Positions 9,533-17,828 of a stretch of DNA of 64,000 nucleotides are shown in pieces. Under the pieces are notes generated by a model. The model was given only the letters and a program-made list of their open reading frames with translations, searched no databases and was not told the DNA's origin. Within the stretch, counting starts at the first letter, position 1. Every line of letters starts with the position of its first letter. A program made the translations under genes and the position numbers. This DNA is from Parcubacteria group bacterium GW2011_GWA2_40_23 (GTDB lineage Bacteria; Patescibacteriota; Patescibacteriia; UBA11705; JABHMO01): positions 10,860 to 74,859 of the forward strand of contig LBYP01000004.1 of NCBI GenBank assembly GCA_000996245.1. The letters are read 5' to 3'.

Positions 9533-10240
9533 ATGGCATATTTAAAATTTATTTCCGATAAAGATTTTTTTGCTGCTGTTGGCAAGGTTGTTAGAATAAT
9601 AGAATCAGCAGAACATGATGCAATTATTAATCTTCACAAAAATGTGATCGATCCGTTTTCTGCAATTTTCCATGGTGTAACCCACTCAATTACTTATAAA
9701 GAATGGATTGAACAGGAAAAAGCTCGACAATCGCAAAAAACAATGCAGAATGCGATTGGTGTTTTTCACCAAGAAATACTGGGGGCAGTCACCGGTTGGG
9801 AAAATATGGGTGCAGGAGGCGGGTTGGATGTTGTAAATAGAGAGATGATGATGATTGCAGAAATAAAAAATAAATTTAATACAACAAAAGGAAATCATAA
9901 GGTGGAAGTATATGATGCTATAAAATCAATGCTTAAAACCAAGGAATATGAAATGTTTACGGGGTATTATGTAGAAATAATTTCACAAGGTAAAAATAAA
10001 TACGATAAACCGTTTATTCCACCTGATAATAAAACAAAGAAAAGACGGCCAGTTAACAAAAAGATCAGAGTTATTGATGGGCTAAGCTTTTATGCTTTAG
10101 CCACGGGTAGAAAGCAGGCCTTGCAGGAGTTGTTTGAAGCTCTTTCTCATGTTTTAGTGGATAACTATAAGTTTAAATTAGGTAAAAGGGAGGCGCTTCA
10201 GTACTTCGAATTATTTAGGTTAGCTTTTTCCACAGAGTAA
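9533..10240 (+). CDS. putative type II restriction endonuclease (PD-(D/E)xK-like), partner of the adjacent Dcm-type methyltransferase
   Basis: 235 aa ORF immediately upstream of and co-directional with a C5-MTase. Contains a D..E.K-like block (LDVVNREMMMIAEIKNK). No housekeeping homology. The REase call is inferred mainly from gene context. Confidence 0.4.
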   Translation: MAYLKFISDKDFFAAVGKVVRIIESAEHDAIINLHKNVIDPFSAIFHGVTHSITYKEWIEQEKARQSQKTMQNAIGVFHQEILGAVTGWENMGAGGGLDVVNREMMMIAEIKNKFNTTKGNHKVEVYDAIKSMLKTKEYEMFTGYYVEIISQGKNKYDKPFIPPDNKTKKRRPVNKKIRVIDGLSFYALATGRKQALQELFEALSHVLVDNYKFKLGKREALQYFELFRLAFSTE

Positions 10241-10263
10241 CCTTTGCCTATGCAATGGTTATT

Positions 10264-10296
10264 TGGTATAATTATGATAGATTAAATATCTATCAT
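10264..10296 (+). promoter_or_regulatory. extended -10 promoter (TGGTATAAT) followed by a perfect 9-5-9 palindrome ATGATAGAT-TAAAT-ATCTATCAT, a putative operator for the HTH-MTase
   Basis: tggtataat at 10264-10272. The palindrome at 10274-10296 ends 8 nt before the MTase ATG (10304). Confidence 0.5.
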
Positions 10297-10303
10297 TTTT
10301 TAT

Positions 10304-11554
10304 ATGAGGGAAGAACAATTTATTACTGCAGGAGAAGCGGCGTTTAAATTAGGCATTTCTATAGATACTATTAGGAGATGGGATAAAAAGGGATTGATCA
10401 AATCTTTCAGGGACGAAAGGAATGATCGTATGTTTAGTTTAGAGGAGATAAAGAGAATTCAAAATAAAACTCAAGGAGACAAAAAAAGTAAATTTAAAAT
10501 ATTAAAAAATAAAGAAACATCAAAATATACAGCAATTGAATTGTTCGCAGGAGCGGGAGGGACGGCTTTAGGGATGGAAAATGCTGGGATTCAACACATC
10601 TTGCTCAATGAGTATGACAAGCACGCTTGTGAAACACTCAGAATCAACAAACCAAACTGGAATGTTGTTGAACAAGATGTTCGAGAGCTAAAATTTTTTG
10701 AAGGACAAGCAGATATTGTTCAGGGTGGTTTCCCTTGCCAGACATTTTCGTGCGCTGGGAACAAAAGGGGATTTGAAGATATACGGGGCACATTATTTTT
10801 TGAATTCGCAAGATGTGTCAAAGAAGTTAGACCAAAAATAGCGATCGGGGAAAATGTAAAAGGATTATTAAATCATGATGATGGCCAAACAATTAAAACC
10901 ATGGTTGGTGTTTTGGAGGAAATAGGATATAGAGTTAAGTATAAAGTTTTAAGATCTCAATATTTGGATATTCCACAAAAAAGAGAAAGATTAATAATTA
11001 TTGGTGTAAGAAATGATTTGAATATATCGATTGCGTTTCCGAAAGAGAAGGATTATATAATACCTTTGCGAGAAGCACTGCACAAATGTCCCAAATCAGC
11101 TGGACAAGAATATCCAGAAACAAAAAAAAGGATAATGAAATTAATTTCTCCTGGTGGATATTGGAGAGATCTCCCTGAGAAATTGCAAAAAGAATATATG
11201 GGAGCAAGTTATTTTATGGGTGGGGGAAAAACGGGAATGGCACGACGTTTATCGTGGGATGAACCATCACTTACTTTGACTTGTAGCCCAGCACAAAAAC
11301 AAACTGAACGTTGCCATCCAGAAGAAACACGTCCTCTTTCTGTTCGTGAATATGCACGAATTCAGACATTTCCGGACAGTTGGCAGTTTTCTGGTTCTGT
11401 CGCACAACAATATAAACAAATTGGGAACGCTGTACCTGTAAATCTTGGTTATTATATTGGTGACACGATTATAAAGATGCTCGAGGGAGAGATTGAAGAA
11501 GATGTTGTAGAACCAGTTAGAATACAGCAACAATTATTTGGATTTGCTACATAA
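10304..11554 (+). CDS. DNA (cytosine-5)-methyltransferase with an N-terminal MerR-like HTH domain
   Basis: 416 aa. N-terminal HTH (ITAGEAAFKLGISIDTIRRWDKKGLI). C5-MTase motif I (ELFAGAGGTALG), motif IV PCQ (GGFPCQTFSCAGNKRGFED), motif VI ENV (GENVKGLL) and the conserved C-terminal QIGNAVPV. Confidence 0.9.
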   Translation: MREEQFITAGEAAFKLGISIDTIRRWDKKGLIKSFRDERNDRMFSLEEIKRIQNKTQGDKKSKFKILKNKETSKYTAIELFAGAGGTALGMENAGIQHILLNEYDKHACETLRINKPNWNVVEQDVRELKFFEGQADIVQGGFPCQTFSCAGNKRGFEDIRGTLFFEFARCVKEVRPKIAIGENVKGLLNHDDGQTIKTMVGVLEEIGYRVKYKVLRSQYLDIPQKRERLIIIGVRNDLNISIAFPKEKDYIIPLREALHKCPKSAGQEYPETKKRIMKLISPGGYWRDLPEKLQKEYMGASYFMGGGKTGMARRLSWDEPSLTLTCSPAQKQTERCHPEETRPLSVREYARIQTFPDSWQFSGSVAQQYKQIGNAVPVNLGYYIGDTIIKMLEGEIEEDVVEPVRIQQQLFGFAT

Positions 11555-11604
11555 AATTTAAACCAGACAAATTCAATGGAACTATATTTTTTGTTTGCCT
11601 GACA

Positions 11605-11640
11605 TTTAAAGGGATATTATCGTCAGGCGTGGATGACTAG
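11605..11640 (+). repeat. direct repeat flanking the R-M cassette (right copy; lies within the 3' end of prmC)
   Basis: See 9436-9470. This copy encodes the PrmC C-terminus (…[10 protein letters not shown]) on the minus strand. Confidence 0.6.
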
Positions 11641-12460
11641 CTAAATCTCTAATCACTTGCGTTTTGGCTTTAGCCAAAGCGTTTTTTATTATCTTTCTTA
11701 GTTTAGTCGCTTGTTTGTTCCCGTGTTCGATAATAATAAAGTGGGGGAGTCGCTTCATTTTTTTTATTTGCTGAAAAAACTTTCGGTAAGCGTCGAGTCC
11801 ATCAACGCCGGAATAAAGAGCTAGACTCGGTTCGAACTTTAAGCCTTGAGTTTCAGATGAATTTAAATGATTTTTTAAGTCAGTTTCTAAGTAGGGAAGA
11901 TTGGTGACGACGATATCAATCTGTTCGTTTTTTATCGAAGTTAATAAGTTGCCTTGAGCGAATTTTATTTTGATTCGATGACGACGAGCGTTCTGCTTAG
12001 CAATTAATAATGCCTTTCTTGACTTGTCTGTTGCAAAAAGTTTTGCTTTCGGTAACTTTTTCGCAAGTGAAATCGCAATCGCTCCGGATCCTGTTCCAAT
12101 GTCAGCGATAGTAATGGCTGATTTATAATTAACTTTGACGAGTTCAATTGTTTTTTCGACGAGAAGTTCAGTCTCAGGGCGGGGGACTAAAACGTCTTTT
12201 GTGACCTTGAAACTCAATCCGAAAAAATCTTTGTATCCAGTAATCTGCGCGACCGGAACATGTTTGGCTCGAGTGTTAATTTGTTTTAAGAAAAGACGTT
12301 CTTGATTTGATGTAAGTTTTTTTTCTGAATGTGTATAAATAAATTCTTTCGATTTTTTTAGCGTCTGCATTAAAATAACCTCGGCATCAAGATTGGCCGA
12401 AGTTACTTTTGCTGTTTTTAATATTTCTCGAGCTTGTATTAAAGCTTCTTTGATTATCAT
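11606..12460 (-). CDS. prmC: release factor glutamine N5-methyltransferase PrmC (HemK)
   Basis: 284 aa. SAM-binding [14 protein letters not shown] and the NPPY-type motif (VVTNLPYL). Overlaps the prfA stop, as in the usual prfA-prmC operon. Confidence 0.85.
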   Translation of the reverse strand: MIIKEALIQAREILKTAKVTSANLDAEVILMQTLKKSKEFIYTHSEKKLTSNQERLFLKQINTRAKHVPVAQITGYKDFFGLSFKVTKDVLVPRPETELLVEKTIELVKVNYKSAITIADIGTGSGAIAISLAKKLPKAKLFATDKSRKALLIAKQNARRHRIKIKFAQGNLLTSIKNEQIDIVVTNLPYLETDLKNHLNSSETQGLKFEPSLALYSGVDGLDAYRKFFQQIKKMKRLPHFIIIEHGNKQATKLRKIIKNALAKAKTQVIRDLASHPRLTIISL

Positions 12461-13515
12461 TTGTTTTGTAGTTTGAAGTCTGCTTCTTTCAAGGCTTCGA
12501 TAATTGGCGCGATGTTTCCATCTAAAAGAGTTGTAATATTATTCCAGTTTTCTTTAATGCGATGGTCGGTAATCCGATCTTGTGGATAATTATAAGTACG
12601 AATTTTTTCACTGCGATCGCCAGTACCGATTTGGGCGCGACGTTGGCTGCCGAGAGCATTTTCACGTTTAGTCATTTCTAGTTCGTATAAACGAGAACGC
12701 ATCACGCGCATAGCTTTTTCTTTGTTCTGCGCTTGTGAGCGTTCGTCTTGGCAAGAAACAATTGTATTAGTTGGCAAATGAGTCAATCGAACGGCTGACT
12801 TTGTTGTGTTGACACTCTGTCCACCGGCACCACCAGAACAAAAAGTATCTATTTTAATTTCATTAGGGTCAATTTTTATATCAAGTTCTTCTGCTTCTGG
12901 TAATACGGCGACTGTAATGGCTGAAGTGTGAATACGTCCTTGTTTTTCAGTTTCTGGAACGCGCTGTACTCGGTGTGTGCCGCTTTCATATTTAAGGAAG
13001 CCATAAACACCAGTGCCATTAACTTCAAAAACAACTTCCTTAAAGCCTCCGAGTTCACTTAAACTGCTAGAGACAATATGTGTTTTCCAACCTTGTCTTT
13101 CTGCAAAGCGAGAGTACATTCTGAATAGTTCAGCTGCAAAAAGCGCTGATTCGTCACCGCCGGTGCCGGCACGTATTTCCATAATGACATTCTTTTTGTC
13201 TCGTGGATCTTGTGGTGTTAGGGCAAATTTAACTTGTTTTTCTAGCTCTGCAATCTCTGGTTCTAGTATAGCTATTTCTTGCGCGGCGAGCTCATGCATT
13301 TCAGTTTCATTTTCATTGAGAAGAGTTTCTTGAGCTTCTTTCAGGTGAGCCAGTTTTTTTTCATAGTTATTAAAGAGCGCGATCATGGGTACGAGTTCAG
13401 AGTGCTCGCTAGAAAGGGTCTTTAATTTTTCTTGATTATTGATAATAGAAGAGTCCTGGAGTTGTTGCTCCAGTTCTTGAAAACGTTGTTTAAGTTTGTT
13501 GATTTGATCTTGCAT
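12457..13515 (-). CDS. prfA: peptide chain release factor 1
   Basis: 352 aa. GGQ motif ([22 protein letters not shown]) and an RF1-type tripeptide region (RVQRVPETE, PxT class rather than the SPF of RF2). Confidence 0.9.
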   Translation of the reverse strand: MQDQINKLKQRFQELEQQLQDSSIINNQEKLKTLSSEHSELVPMIALFNNYEKKLAHLKEAQETLLNENETEMHELAAQEIAILEPEIAELEKQVKFALTPQDPRDKKNVIMEIRAGTGGDESALFAAELFRMYSRFAERQGWKTHIVSSSLSELGGFKEVVFEVNGTGVYGFLKYESGTHRVQRVPETEKQGRIHTSAITVAVLPEAEELDIKIDPNEIKIDTFCSGGAGGQSVNTTKSAVRLTHLPTNTIVSCQDERSQAQNKEKAMRVMRSRLYELEMTKRENALGSQRRAQIGTGDRSEKIRTYNYPQDRITDHRIKENWNNITTLLDGNIAPIIEALKEADFKLQNK

Positions 13516-13581
13516 ATCGTTCTGGCTCTATTATATCAAAAAACCGTCCGAATAGATAAAACAGGGACGGTTTTGAAGTAG

Positions 13582-13866
13582 TTATTTATTGACTTTGCTG
13601 GTTTTCTTTTCTGCCTTGGCAATGAGTTTTGCTTTTTTACCCTTGCTAGCAGTTGCAGTAGTGTCTTTTTTAGATAATCTTTCTTGGAATTTTTCTACAC
13701 GGCGTGCAGTGTCAACCAATCTTTGTTTACCAGTATAAAAAGGGTGGCAAAGATGGCAAATTTCAACTTTAATTTCAGGCATTGTTGAGCCTGTAGTGAT
13801 TTCATTGCCGCAAACACAGATTATTTTTGCAGCTTTGTGATACTTTGGATGAATATCTTTTTTCAT
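13582..13866 (-). CDS. rpmE: 50S ribosomal protein L31
   Basis: 94 aa. [48 protein letters not shown] carries the CxxC…CxxC zinc ribbon typical of L31. Confidence 0.9.
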   Translation of the reverse strand: MKKDIHPKYHKAAKIICVCGNEITTGSTMPEIKVEICHLCHPFYTGKQRLVDTARRVEKFQERLSKKDTTATASKGKKAKLIAKAEKKTSKVNK

Positions 13867-13871
13867 ATGAG

Positions 13872-13962
13872 GTAGCTTATAGCTAGTTAGCTTATAGCTT
13901 TTAGGTGCTGAGGATTTTAGTGTCAGACACCTAGAAGCTAGCTCCTATAAGCTAAAAGCTTC
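13872..13962. repeat. ~90 bp imperfect palindromic intergenic element rich in AGCTTATAGCT units (copy 1 of 2)
   Basis: agcttatagctagttagcttatagcttttaggtgctgaggattttagtgtcagacacctagaagctagctcctataagctaaaagct. The central hairpin is aggtgctga/tcagacacct. Related to 26634-26724. Confidence 0.55.
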
Positions 13963-14112
13963 ATGGTTTGTAATTAAGTAATCAGATGATATCATATTGT
14001 AATAATTTTGGCAAGGTTGAGCTGTTTTTAGCTAAAAATGGGGCATGTGGATAACGGAGGACAGGCGGCAAAAAAAATGCTATAATCATTTTAGTAAATA
14101 ACAAACAAAATT

Positions 14113-14454
14113 ATGAAAACTAAGAAGTTTTTAGGCGGTTTAGCGTTAGGCGCACTTATCGGTGGTGCTTTAGGACTTTTTTTAAGTCCAGGCAAGGGTA
14201 AGGAAAATCGCGAACAATTTAAAAAGATCAGTAAGCAGTTGAGTGAGAAGCTAGTGACAGATGTGACAAAATTGAAAAAAGTCGGGAAAGAAGAATACGA
14301 ACAAATAGTGGAAAATTTGATCAAGAAATACTCAAAATCAGATTTATTGACTGTTGAAGCTTGGTCAGAAATTGCACAGGAATTAAAGCTTCGCTGGAAA
14401 GATATTCAGAAGGAAATGGGTGCTAAGCCAGTTAAGAAGAGCAGTAAAAAGTAG
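14113..14454 (+). CDS. YtxH-like small membrane-associated protein
   Basis: 113 aa. N-terminus KKFLGGLALGALIGGALGLFLSPGKGKENREQF matches the YtxH/DUF948 glycine-zipper pattern. Confidence 0.6.
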   Translation: MKTKKFLGGLALGALIGGALGLFLSPGKGKENREQFKKISKQLSEKLVTDVTKLKKVGKEEYEQIVENLIKKYSKSDLLTVEAWSEIAQELKLRWKDIQKEMGAKPVKKSSKK

Positions 14455-14578
14455 TTAATTAGCCGGCGGCGTTTAGCCAATGGATTGATTATAAGTTGCA
14501 AAATTAGCAACTCAAAACCTAGAGAGAGAGAGTAAGACCTTCGCCTTTGTGCGGAGGTTTTATTTTTTCACATAGAGC

Positions 14579-14618
14579 GGCTTGCCCCGAACTTGTGTGA
14601 TTAGCACATAGTTCGGGG
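14579..14618. repeat. GC-rich hairpin element GCTTGCCCCGAAC..GTTCGGGG (copy 2 of 2)
   Basis: ggcttgccccgaact…agttcgggg. The same prefix occurs at 6272. It is preceded by another hairpin plus T-run (14538-14570) that likely terminates the ytxH-like gene. Confidence 0.5.
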
Positions 14619-14654
14619 AGGTTATATTTTTACTCTTTTTTATTTGTAAATAAT

Positions 14655-14691
14655 AATTCGTAACATCAAATTAGAAAGTTCTATTCGTAAC
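14655..14691 (+). promoter_or_regulatory. direct-repeat motif AATTCGTAAC-N17-TATTCGTAAC (site A of 3)
   Basis: aattcgtaac at 14655-14664 and tattcgtaac at 14682-14691, 27 bp start-to-start. Ends 5 nt upstream of the -35 box at 14697. The same architecture occurs at 22380-22415 and 29634-29669. Confidence 0.5.
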
Positions 14692-14696
14692 TCTGT

Positions 14697-14724
14697 TTGA
14701 CAAAACATAGCAAATCATTATAAT
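14697..14724 (+). promoter_or_regulatory. consensus sigma70 promoter TTGACA-16-TATAAT
   Basis: TTGACA at 14697-14702 and TATAAT at 14719-14724; it drives the GC-rich ORF downstream. Confidence 0.6.
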
Positions 14725-14781
14725 AAATTTTGCTTCTGAGTGAAGCATGGTTCTGGCTCCAAACCTTTGTGGAGGGTTCCA

Positions 14782-15264
14782 ATGACTCAAAAAATGACCT
14801 GCGATCAAATCGCGAACGCGATTCGTGATGGCTTGCCCGAGGGCTATGCCAAAGCGGCGCGTTTCCAAGTCCGCAAGGTTCATTCGGGGTTCTTGGTGAT
14901 CGTACCGACGCATCAGGTCGGTGGTAAGCGCGTGCTCAAAACGCACTTCGATAACAGCGATTCCCAGACCCTCGTCGCTCATATCATCGCGCACTTCAAG
15001 TCGTCCGTTCCCGAAGATACCGTTGCCTCCCTGCCCAGAGAGTTCCTTTGTGCCAAGGTGAGCACAGCGATTCGTCAGGCCTTGAAGGGCCTCGATGGAA
15101 TCCGTTTCAACGTGCGTCCGGTTCGTGATGGCCTGTGCGTGATCATCCCGTTCCACCGGACCAAGGGTGTCGAGATTCCCAGAGCGCACATCGGTCCGAA
15201 CTTGGACGAGTCCTACCTCGTGACTCGCGCTGTCGAGCACTTCCAGCAGCACCTCGCCGCCTAG
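14782..15264 (+). CDS. GC-rich hypothetical protein with an internal tandem duplication
   Basis: About 160 aa (ORF track starts at 14740; ATG 14782 gives MTQKMTCDQ…). Two similar ~70-aa halves (CDQIANAIRDGLPEGYAKAARFQVRKVHSGFLVIVPTH and CAKVSTAIRQALKGLDGIRFNVRPVRDGLCVIIPFH). GC-rich codons unlike neighbouring genes. The opposite-strand ORF 14671..15348 is judged spurious. Confidence 0.45.
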   Translation: MTQKMTCDQIANAIRDGLPEGYAKAARFQVRKVHSGFLVIVPTHQVGGKRVLKTHFDNSDSQTLVAHIIAHFKSSVPEDTVASLPREFLCAKVSTAIRQALKGLDGIRFNVRPVRDGLCVIIPFHRTKGVEIPRAHIGPNLDESYLVTRAVEHFQQHLAA

Positions 15265-15326
15265 CAGCTTCCGTTCGCCCGGCCAATCAGATTGGTCGGG
15301 CGTAATTTTTTTGCTATAATTAGCAC

Positions 15327-16142
15327 ATGATAAATTTTCTACATACATTTCAACCTCAACCGATTATTTTGAAACTCGGTCCTTTTGCAATCCACTGGTA
15401 TGGGTTCCTTATGATAGTCGGTGGTTTACTTGGTTTTAGTTTGATTCTTTGGTTAATTAAAAAATATAAGTTGGAGAAAAAGTTTTTTGAAGACCTTTTG
15501 TTTTGGTGGGTTGTAGGTGCGATAATTGGCGCCAGAATATATTATGTGATTTATGCTTGGGAAATGTATAAAGATAATTGGCTCGATGTTTTTAAAATTT
15601 GGCAGGGCGGATTGGCGGTCCACGGGATTATGCTTGGCGGATTAATCACAACATTCATCTATTGTCGTTTAAAGAAAAAAGAATTTTTACTCACAGCCGA
15701 TTTAGTTGTTACTGGTTTAGTCACTGCACAGATTGTCGGTCGCATTGGTAATTATTTTAATCAAGAAATTTTTGGTTTGCCAACTAATCTGTCGTGGGGG
15801 ATTCCAATTGACCTTTCTTTCCGTCCGGAACAATTTATGAACTCAAGTTTTTTCCATCCAACTTTTATTTACGAGTCGCTCGGCAACATCTTAATTCTTT
15901 GCCTTCTTCTTTTTCTTCACCTTCGTCGATTTAAGAAAAAAGAATTTCAGCCAGGACAAATATTTTTCTCTTATTTAATCTTGTATTCAATTCTACGATT
16001 CAGTCTAGAGCTTTTAAGAGTCGATTACAGTCCAATCGTTTTTGGTGTGCGTTGGGCGCAGTTGCTGTCAGGTATTATTATCTTAACTTCTATTATATTG
16101 ATTTCCATCCGATTTGCGAGGCACCGCCCTTTGTCATCCTGA
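15327..16142 (+). CDS. lgt: prolipoprotein diacylglyceryl transferase
   Basis: 271 aa polytopic membrane protein. N-terminal Lgt signature (LKLGPFAIHWYGFLMIVGGLLGF) and conserved GRIGNYFNQE. Confidence 0.85.
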   Translation: MINFLHTFQPQPIILKLGPFAIHWYGFLMIVGGLLGFSLILWLIKKYKLEKKFFEDLLFWWVVGAIIGARIYYVIYAWEMYKDNWLDVFKIWQGGLAVHGIMLGGLITTFIYCRLKKKEFLLTADLVVTGLVTAQIVGRIGNYFNQEIFGLPTNLSWGIPIDLSFRPEQFMNSSFFHPTFIYESLGNILILCLLLFLHLRRFKKKEFQPGQIFFSYLILYSILRFSLELLRVDYSPIVFGVRWAQLLSGIIILTSIILISIRFARHRPLSS

Positions 16143-16376
16143 GGCACTCGAAGGAGACAAAGCAATTGTTTGATTGATTGTTAATGTTTTCTCTCAACCC
16201 AATGACTTACTTGACAAAAAGCATTTTTTTTGATATACTATTTTGTTAAACTAAGGGGAAAGATCATTGATTGTTAATTTTGGCTTAATTTAGTAATTAT
16301 TGACTTTTTCCCTTGGTTGGGAAAGGGGCTCCTGCTTGTACCGGGGGCGTGCTGGATCTTTTTTTAGGAGGAAGCG

Positions 16377-17150
16377 ATGAGTAATCGCGACGAGGACACT
16401 GTCGAGGTCGTGGAACAAGAGAAAATGACCGCGTTCGAGAGGGTGGTCTGGCTCTGGGCCAAGATCATCGGGTACATCCTGACCGGCAAGCGCAAGGCCG
16501 AAGAAGTGGCTGAGTGGCTGCAGATCGTGGTGTCGGAACCTCAGTTCTCCCTGCGTCTCAAGGCCCCACGCGACTCCACCATGGACACCGAAGAGCCTCG
16601 CGAAGGCTGGGCCAAGATCTGGGAGCGATTCTACCTCGAGGTCTTTGGGCTGACGGTAGACCTCTCGGGCGTGGCTGTGTCGTCGTACAAACCCGGTCTT
16701 GGCTGGGTGGTGTATGTGCTGAAAGAGCTTTCTCTTAACCAGCTCTTCGCCAAGTCCCGTGACCTGTTCCCGAGTCGCTCGGATTACGGCGACGACCTGG
16801 ATCGCAAGATTCCGACCGAAGATCGCGACCCGCGTCAACTGGGCAACTACGTGCGTCGGTTCCGGAATCGCGTAGAGGCGGATGAAGAACTCAAAGAAAA
16901 GTCCGCCAACGTTCTGCGCGATGAAGGTATCGCAGGCAACACTCTCCGTGAAGCCTTGATCCTAGAGCTCTTCTACTTCTGGCGCACAGGTGGCGGGCAT
17001 CTGAACTTGCGTTACTGGAATCTCTGTGCGGGCTCGCGCGGTTACCTTGGCTACGTTCCGCGCGTCTTATGGAGCATTGGTTGCTTCCGCGTCAGCGACT
17101 ACGATCCGAGCGGTTCCGGCGAGGATGTGCGCGCGCGCTCCGCAGTTTAA
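16377..17150 (+). CDS. DGR target (variable) protein; GC-rich, C-terminal CLec-like variable region
   Basis: 257 aa. AGGAGG sits 7 nt upstream of the ATG. C-terminal …RYWNLCAGSRGYLGYVPRVLWSIGCFRVSDYDPSGSGEDVRARSAV corresponds codon-for-codon to the Asn-codon-rich TR. No obvious signal peptide. Confidence 0.7.
   Translation: MSNRDEDTVEVVEQEKMTAFERVVWLWAKIIGYILTGKRKAEEVAEWLQIVVSEPQFSLRLKAPRDSTMDTEEPREGWAKIWERFYLEVFGLTVDLSGVAVSSYKPGLGWVVYVLKELSLNQLFAKSRDLFPSRSDYGDDLDRKIPTEDRDPRQLGNYVRRFRNRVEADEELKEKSANVLRDEGIAGNTLREALILELFYFWRTGGGHLNLRYWNLCAGSRGYLGYVPRVLWSIGCFRVSDYDPSGSGEDVRARSAV
17025..17147 (+). repeat. DGR variable region (VR)
   Basis: 3' end of the target gene. Differs from the TR almost only where the TR has A (e.g. 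AGC/GAC/GGT/GGC versus AAC/AAT). The 3'-terminal block gtgcgcgcgcgctccgcagtt is a putative IMH. Confidence 0.75.
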
Positions 17151-17157
17151 CCCTTTT

Positions 17158-17192
17158 CCCTTGTCCCTTTAACCCTTGCGTTAGGGACAGGG
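17158..17192 (+). promoter_or_regulatory. GC-rich hairpin immediately downstream of the VR (candidate DGR homing-enhancing stem-loop)
   Basis: cccttgtccct … agggacaggg is an inverted repeat 8-40 nt after the target-gene stop. A second hairpin, ccagcgttcgctgg, lies at about 17234-17249. Confidence 0.45.
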
Positions 17193-17304
17193 TAAACAAC
17201 CAACATCTGGCACTTCGTACATACGGGGTGCCAGTGCCAGCGTTCGCTGGACAACACAGGGCGTCTTGAAAAAGATCCGCGGTGATTATGGATGGAAATG
17301 ACCA

Positions 17305-17427
17305 ATATGCGGGCTCGCGCGATAACAATGGCAACGTTCCGAACGTCAAATGGAACAATGGTAACTTCCACGTCAACAACTACAATCCGAACAATTCCAA
17401 CGAAAATGTGCGCGCTCGCTCCGAAGT
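17305..17427 (+). repeat. DGR template region (TR)
   Basis: tatgcgggctcgcgcgataacaatggcaacgttccgaacgtcaaatggaacaatggtaacttccacgtcaacaactacaatccgaacaattccaacgaaaatgtgcgcgctcgctccgaagtt. Adenine-rich with many AAC/AAT codons. Lies in a non-coding GC-rich spacer. Confidence 0.75.
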
Positions 17428-17444
17428 TTCAAGTCAAAAGGGGT

Positions 17445-17828
17445 TTATTGATTAAGCTCCTTTTGTTGTAAATATTCAATCCAACCAGAAGTCATTTTTG
17501 AGATTTCTTGTAATTTCTCTTGAAAAACGCCATAGTTTTTTTCTTTGAGTGTTGATAGTTCTAATTCAAGTCTAATGAATTGTTTAAGAGTTTCAATTTC
17601 AATCTTTAACTCTTTAACTACAGGGAGCTTTTCGAGTTTTTGCATTAACGCTGCTTTAATTGCCAGGCGTAGACAAGCTAGAATTACGGATTCTGTTTTT
17701 GATCTTATTCCGTATTTATCGACTTTTGGCAGACCCTTGGTGTTTTGATAGAGCATTTTAAATAAGTCGGAAATTTTATGAACAATCGAAGCGTGAATGA
17801 CATCGGAGGCAATGAATTTGTTGGTCAT
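17445..17828 (-). CDS. avd: Avd-like accessory variability determinant (four-helix-bundle protein)
   Basis: 127 aa. LYQNTKGLPKVDKYGIRSKTESVILACLRLAIKAAL fits the Avd / 23S-rRNA-IVS four-helix-bundle pattern (fPK..KYGL.SQ…). Located between TR and RT but on the opposite strand; its 5' end overlaps the RT ORF by 51 nt. Confidence 0.55.
   Translation of the reverse strand: MTNKFIASDVIHASIVHKISDLFKMLYQNTKGLPKVDKYGIRSKTESVILACLRLAIKAALMQKLEKLPVVKELKIEIETLKQFIRLELELSTLKEKNYGVFQEKLQEISKMTSGWIEYLQQKELNQ

Noticed and set aside
14655-14691. Considered the AATTCGTAAC…CGTAAC motif as an ECF-sigma promoter (-35 GTAAC, -10 CGTA, like Bacillus SigW/X/M).
   Set aside because: The spacing between GTAAC and the downstream CGTAA is about 21 nt, longer than the 16-17 nt typical of ECF promoters. 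It is kept as an unexplained regulatory motif.
14671-15348. 225-aa minus-strand ORF overlapping the GC-rich plus-strand ORF.
   Set aside because: GC-rich DNA produces long spurious ORFs. The minus ORF runs across the consensus promoter and into the lgt start. The plus-strand ORF has a perfect promoter and clean internal-repeat protein structure.
16290-16838. 182-aa minus-strand ORF, and 16514..16738 plus, inside the DGR target gene.
   Set aside because: Antisense or alternate-frame artefacts of the GC-rich target gene. The 16377..17150 frame carries the VR that matches the TR codon-for-codon.
17287-17454. 55-codon ORF spanning the TR (MDGNDQYAGSRDNNGNVPNVKWNNGNFHVNNYNPNNSNENVRARSEV…).
   Set aside because: It merely reflects the TR being a near-copy of coding VR sequence. 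DGR TRs are non-coding templates; the ORF has no RBS and no context.
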